Assembly: GCA_017860725.1 (NCBI GenBank)
Contig: JAGDMX010000011.1
Coordinates: 1-39,151 of the forward strand
Direction of reading: 5' to 3'
Origin: Chloroflexota bacterium
GTDB lineage: Bacteria; Chloroflexota; Anaerolineae; Anaerolineales; UBA4823
DNA: 39,151 nt
Numbering within the stretch: position 1 is the stretch's first letter; the number at the start of each line of letters is the position of its first letter. A program made the position numbers and the translations under genes. This document shows, in pieces, positions 35,346-39,151 of this stretch. Under the pieces are notes generated by a model. The model was not told the origin of the DNA, did no database searches, and saw only the letters and a list, made by a program, of their open reading frames with translations.

Positions 35346-36027
35346 ATACTCCCCGGTATTCTTCAGGTAGCAATTGGGCTATCTGCTCCATTACCAGATC
35401 GGCGTTGTATTGGCGGCCTTCTCGCCGGGCCTCGCCTTTTCCCTCGACCAGCGGCAGCCGGAACGGCTTGCCGATGTGCATTTCAATCCAGGGTTTTTTT
35501 CCATGCAGCGCTTTATCCATCAGGTCATCGGTGGTACCGACGATGCCAACCGGAATGACCGGCACAGGCATCATTTCCACCAGGTACGATATGCCAGGCT
35601 GGGCACGGTGCATTCCGGGCGTATGAGAGCGCCCACCTTCTGGAGCGATTACCAGTGGGTGATCCGATTTAAGCACTTTTAATGCCATATCGAAGACTTT
35701 GCGGTCATACTGCCCGCGGTGAACCGGGATTCCGCCGTACAACCGGGCGAGTGTAGATTGTCCAGGTTTCGACCAGATTTCTACTGCCCCGACTACCTCG
35801 GGCGCGTGCGGCCAAAATGCCAGGATGAAGGGTGCTTCATATAGTGAGACATGGTTGATAACGATGAGATATGCTCCACGTTTGGGGACATTTTCACGAC
35901 CGGTGATTCTTACCCGACAGATCACATAGAATATCAGCCGAAAGAGCGGCCGGATCAGAGCCCGGAACAACCTGACCCGTACAGGGATCTCATAATCGGT
36001 TTGGTAAGATTGGGCTGAGTCTGTCAT
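35311..36027 (-). CDS. PlsC/LPLAT family acyltransferase, paralogue 3 (HX4E variant)
   Basis: 238-aa ORF. VINHVSLYEAP places Glu where the family Asp normally sits. The second block is IAPEGGRS. It overlaps paralogue 2 by 35 nt. Confidence 0.8.
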   Translation of the reverse strand: MTDSAQSYQTDYEIPVRVRLFRALIRPLFRLIFYVICRVRITGRENVPKRGAYLIVINHVSLYEAPFILAFWPHAPEVVGAVEIWSKPGQSTLARLYGGIPVHRGQYDRKVFDMALKVLKSDHPLVIAPEGGRSHTPGMHRAQPGISYLVEMMPVPVIPVGIVGTTDDLMDKALHGKKPWIEMHIGKPFRLPLVEGKGEARREGRQYNADLVMEQIAQLLPEEYRGVYGNNQLTKPQA

Positions 36028-36046
36028 TCACATACCAGACCGAGAA

Positions 36047-36727
36047 TTATGCAGAGTTTACCAGATCAAGCACCTGCTGAAGCACCTGGTCGGCTTCCAA
36101 CCCGTCTGAATTTAAGATGATAGCATCCTCGGCCGGGCGCAGGGGAGCCACCTGACGAGTAGAGTCGATCTGGTCTCTCAAGCGCATCGCCTGGGTAATT
36201 TCATGCAAATCGGCTTCCTGCCCGCGCAGGAGCAGCTCCTCATAACGTCGCCGGGCACGTTCATCCAGGGAAGCATCCAGGTAAAATTTAATATCGGCAT
36301 CTGGCATCACCACCGTGCCAATATCACGCCCTACCATCACGACCCGGCCACGGTGACCGATACGGCGTTGCAGCACCATCATCGCCGTGCGGACGCCAGG
36401 ATATGCCGACACGACCGAGACGTTCGCATCTACTTCCGGACTTCGAATTTGCCAGGTGACATCTTCGCCATTAACCAGAATATCACAATTCCGCCCATCC
36501 GCCTGGGAAGGTGTGCGAATGTCGATCTCAATGGTTGCAGCCAGGTTGCTGACTGCCGTTTCGTTTGATAGCTCGAGCTGTTCGCAAAGTACCGCCCAGG
36601 TCAAGGCGCGGTACATCAGACCGGTATCGAAAAATAAGTATCCCAGCTTGTCTGCCAACTTCTTCCCCAGGGTAGATTTTCCGGATGCGGCGGGGCCATC
36701 TATCGCGATTGTACTGATCACTGACAT
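36047..36727 (-). CDS. cmk: Cytidylate kinase
   Basis: 226-aa ORF. It has the P-loop IAIDGPAASGKST, followed by FDTGLMYRA and GRDIGTVV motifs typical of Cmk. Confidence 0.95.
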   Translation of the reverse strand: MSVISTIAIDGPAASGKSTLGKKLADKLGYLFFDTGLMYRALTWAVLCEQLELSNETAVSNLAATIEIDIRTPSQADGRNCDILVNGEDVTWQIRSPEVDANVSVVSAYPGVRTAMMVLQRRIGHRGRVVMVGRDIGTVVMPDADIKFYLDASLDERARRRYEELLLRGQEADLHEITQAMRLRDQIDSTRQVAPLRPAEDAIILNSDGLEADQVLQQVLDLVNSA

Positions 36728-36747
36728 GCACTCTCCTACAAATTAGG

Positions 36748-38556
36748 CTATGGTGCCTCACCACCTGTGGGTTCAACCGCTGGTGTTACTCCAGGAAATA
36801 AGTCATTGCGTGCCCAAAATATTACCGACTCTAGCTGCAGAGGGGCTTGTCGGAAGGTAAACCAGCTCAGTAAATTCGGAGGTAGAGCACCACTCCAACC
36901 GGGGTAAACCGACCAGACAAAATCCTGGCCGCGATAAGCGGCTGCCAGGGATGGGTCCTCAGAGGACTCGGGAGTGATTAAAATTGACGGCTGTTCACCG
37001 AGTGGGACTTCGGAAATATATTGCACATCTGGAACATTGCGTAAAAACCAGCGCATGGAAGGCAAGTCGACCGTGGAAAGCACGTCAATGCTGTCGGGGA
37101 ATCCTACACTCCAATCCGAAAGATCGTTCAGGGTAGCTTGCAGCAAATCGGCCTGACCGGTCGCTGGGGGCAACCCCCACAATTCTTGAGGTTGGTTGAA
37201 GCGCAGTTGAGCTGCGCCCCACATAACAGATACTAAATAAAAGGTCAGGCCAATGCTAACGCCCCAGACCAAGCCTGTCCGCCCGGCATGCCAGGACCAA
37301 CCGAGAGCAACCAACGCGGTAGATAGGAGGATTAAGGCGAAGATTCCCAATAAAACCAGGAGACGAGCATTCGGCCCGCTGGTCTCAACCGGTGCCCGGG
37401 TGAGTGATGCCAGGGAGAACCAAAACAGTGCCATCAGGATGAAAATCAATATTGCCAGTACTCCAGAGACCGGATGGATATTTCTCTCTGGCAGATAACG
37501 CTTGATCTCTAAAGCCGCCAATCCCCACAAGGGAACTAATCCCCATACCAGGTCGGCTACCTGCCGGGCGGGATAGAGCATACTCAAACCCAGGGAGACA
37601 ATTAACCACACAGTGAAAAATAAAACGGTGCGCAAATTACGTTGAGTGAGCCCGAACAGGACGCCGATCAGCGCAAAAAGCAGCGCCAGTGGTTGGTAGA
37701 AGATCAGCGCAGCTGGCAGGCGCAGTGAAGGAATACCCGAAGGTGTCGTCCAACCTTGCAAGTATGCGGGGATCATCTCCAACCAGGCGGAAAGCCCTTG
37801 GGGGAAGCGGAAGAGCAGTGTCCCAACCAGGATAAACGTGATACCTGCGGCAATCAGTGCTGCCCGGGTATCCATTCGGGATGGATGATCTAAATGCTGT
37901 TCTTTTTCGAGGGAAGGATGTTCTCCCTTCTCCCAGGTGGCGCTATCCTCTGGATCATCACCTCTCTGTTCGGCCGAGGATTTACCCAAAGCCAGCCGGG
38001 TTACCAGCCAGGCAATTCCTAACGGGATCAAGCCAGCGATCAAGGACGGCCCCGAAAGCAATGCCAGGGCGGCAAAAATTCCAGTCAGGACCGCTTTGCG
38101 CCAGTACCAGAATCCAAAAGCGAGCAGGGCAAATGTCAGCGCAACCATTGGACTACCTGCCTGGCGGGAAACCGTCACCAATCCCGGATCAAAGGCCAGT
38201 CCGAAAGCCATCACCAAAGCGGCAGCACGACCGATCTGGTGCCGCAGCAGGTAAGGGATGATGATGAGCAGGATTCCCGCCAGCGCAGGCAGCAGGCGCG
38301 CCAGGAAATTGCTGCTCTGAAACATAGAGAACAGAAAGCCGGTAATCAAAACATAGCCGGGTTGTGGGCCAAGGTTGATACTGGCAGTTGGACCGTTGGT
38401 GCTTGAACTGCCGGCTACTTCCAGAGCCTGTAATGCCCATCTGGCTTCAGCATCGGATAGAGGGGTTGCCCCCAGGCGGTACAGTCTGAGGCAAACCGCC
38501 AGCAGGAGCGCCAGAAGAAAAAAAATGTGCTCAAGATTCAGACGCCGCAAGGTCAC
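36748..38556 (-). CDS. Polytopic membrane protein, GT-C/ArnT-PMT-like glycosyltransferase fold (TIGR03663-like)
   Basis: 602-aa ORF. The N-terminus FFLLALLLAVCLRLYRLGATPLSDAEARWALQAL resembles GT39/ArnT-type starts. It has more than 10 TM segments and a C-terminal soluble domain. The GTG start lies 3 nt after the upstream stop. The family call is from resemblance only. Confidence 0.5.
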   Translation of the reverse strand: MTLRRLNLEHIFFLLALLLAVCLRLYRLGATPLSDAEARWALQALEVAGSSSTNGPTASINLGPQPGYVLITGFLFSMFQSSNFLARLLPALAGILLIIIPYLLRHQIGRAAALVMAFGLAFDPGLVTVSRQAGSPMVALTFALLAFGFWYWRKAVLTGIFAALALLSGPSLIAGLIPLGIAWLVTRLALGKSSAEQRGDDPEDSATWEKGEHPSLEKEQHLDHPSRMDTRAALIAAGITFILVGTLLFRFPQGLSAWLEMIPAYLQGWTTPSGIPSLRLPAALIFYQPLALLFALIGVLFGLTQRNLRTVLFFTVWLIVSLGLSMLYPARQVADLVWGLVPLWGLAALEIKRYLPERNIHPVSGVLAILIFILMALFWFSLASLTRAPVETSGPNARLLVLLGIFALILLSTALVALGWSWHAGRTGLVWGVSIGLTFYLVSVMWGAAQLRFNQPQELWGLPPATGQADLLQATLNDLSDWSVGFPDSIDVLSTVDLPSMRWFLRNVPDVQYISEVPLGEQPSILITPESSEDPSLAAAYRGQDFVWSVYPGWSGALPPNLLSWFTFRQAPLQLESVIFWARNDLFPGVTPAVEPTGGEAP

Positions 38557-38559
38557 CGT

Positions 38560-39151
38560 TTATCTACTGCTCCTGGGGTTGTATTCATAGATCGTGATAG
38601 AGCCTTGTTGAAAGACCGGACTAAGTTGGGTGAAAAATTTTGTCTCCTGCAATCCGGCAGTGCAGTTGCCGGTGCCGGGGGCATATGTTGAGCGCTCCAG
38701 ATTGCCAATGATTATATAGCGAATGTTATAGTTTTCCAGGATGGATTGGGTTTCATCCCAGTCCCGGCTGCAATATAACCGTTCCAGGTCTGGCTGGCGA
38801 GTTCCCATCTCTGTGCTTCCTCCCCGCCATTGACTTTCGTGACCGGTCCATCCCAAAACAGCCGGTAAACCGGAGAGCATGGAGATACGGGCGTAGTTAG
38901 TATAGCTGCCTCCGGTCGGGCTTACGGCCTCGGCTACGATGCCGTAAGGTGCGTTCTCAAGCCAGCGAGCTGCAGAAGTTTCATCCGGCGACGAGCTTTC
39001 CATAAATGCAATCCCGTTGAGTGTAAAGCCTCCTACCGGTTGGAAGCCATTAGTTTTCGACCACAGGCTGATGGTTGGATACACCAGAGCCATGATCAGT
39101 AGCATAGCCATGCCGATCCGGAAAAAGATAGCGGATACGCCGCGCAACTCC
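38560..39151 (-). CDS. DUF2298-like membrane protein, C-terminal part (gene continues beyond the window)
   Basis: The ORF is open to the window edge. LNGIAFM...AARWLENAP...ISMLSGLPAVLGWTGHESQWRG...NIRYIIIGNLERSTYA resembles the conserved C-terminus of DUF2298 proteins. Confidence 0.5.
   Translation of the reverse strand, partial: ELRGVSAIFFRIGMAMLLIMALVYPTISLWSKTNGFQPVGGFTLNGIAFMESSSPDETSAARWLENAPYGIVAEAVSPTGGSYTNYARISMLSGLPAVLGWTGHESQWRGGSTEMGTRQPDLERLYCSRDWDETQSILENYNIRYIIIGNLERSTYAPGTGNCTAGLQETKFFTQLSPVFQQGSITIYEYNPRSSR

Noticed and set aside
1-39151. A window-wide search for mobile elements, defence systems, CRISPR arrays, rRNA or complete tRNA genes.
   Set aside because: I recognised no transposase, integrase, recombinase, restriction or nuclease-ATPase type ORF. 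I saw no regularly spaced direct repeats and no rRNA-like or full cloverleaf sequence. The only repeat family is the short hairpin element reported above.

Overview
This 39.1-kb window is gene-dense (about 90% coding, about 55% GC) and looks like bacterial chromosome. No transposase, integrase, phage gene, rRNA, complete tRNA or CRISPR array is visible. The gene content (TIGR03663/DUF2298-like membrane proteins, Pro/Thr-rich linkers, LCP protein, a 1442-aa beta-prime subunit) suggests a Chloroflexota-like organism, but that is inference only.

Gene order:
- Minus strand, 1..5464: a DUF21/CNNM gene start, then a TetR-headed operon (TetR, MBL hydrolase, two acyl-CoA dehydrogenase paralogues, a lipoprotein alpha/beta hydrolase).
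- Plus strand, 5665..11710: a detox/transport-like block (MOP-like membrane protein, LysE exporter, SRPBCC-PDZ-DinB fusion, NUDIX, aldo-keto reductase, MBL hydrolase).
- Minus strand, 11717..39151: proS with a structured leader. Next comes a tightly packed string of SRAP, YihY, disrupted glycerate kinase, D-2-hydroxyacid dehydrogenase, double-hotdog thioesterase, PflX-like radical SAM and larE-larB-larC. Beyond it lie LCP plus a Pro/Thr-rich membrane protein, osmC, rpoC without rpoB, a 1099-aa orphan sensor kinase, three tandem PlsC-type acyltransferases, cmk, and a GT-C-like/DUF2298 membrane pair.

Most interesting observations:
1. A nickel-pincer cofactor maturation module (larEBC) has no LarA user enzyme nearby. 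It is packed next to a radical SAM enzyme, a thioesterase and 2-hydroxyacid enzymes.
2. A roughly 60-75-nt hairpin-forming intergenic repeat occurs three times. Two copies bracket one plsC paralogue, and one of those has AACCT direct repeats at both ends.
3. An intrinsic-terminator leader sits directly upstream of proS and does not match the canonical T-box.
4. The glycerate kinase gene is frameshifted and internally deleted.
5. rpoC is uncoupled from rpoB, has a promoter plus terminator-like hairpin upstream, and carries a lineage-specific beta-prime insertion.
6. The adjacent ACAD pair has one member that lacks the catalytic Glu.

All functional calls come from motif recognition by eye; no database search was run.
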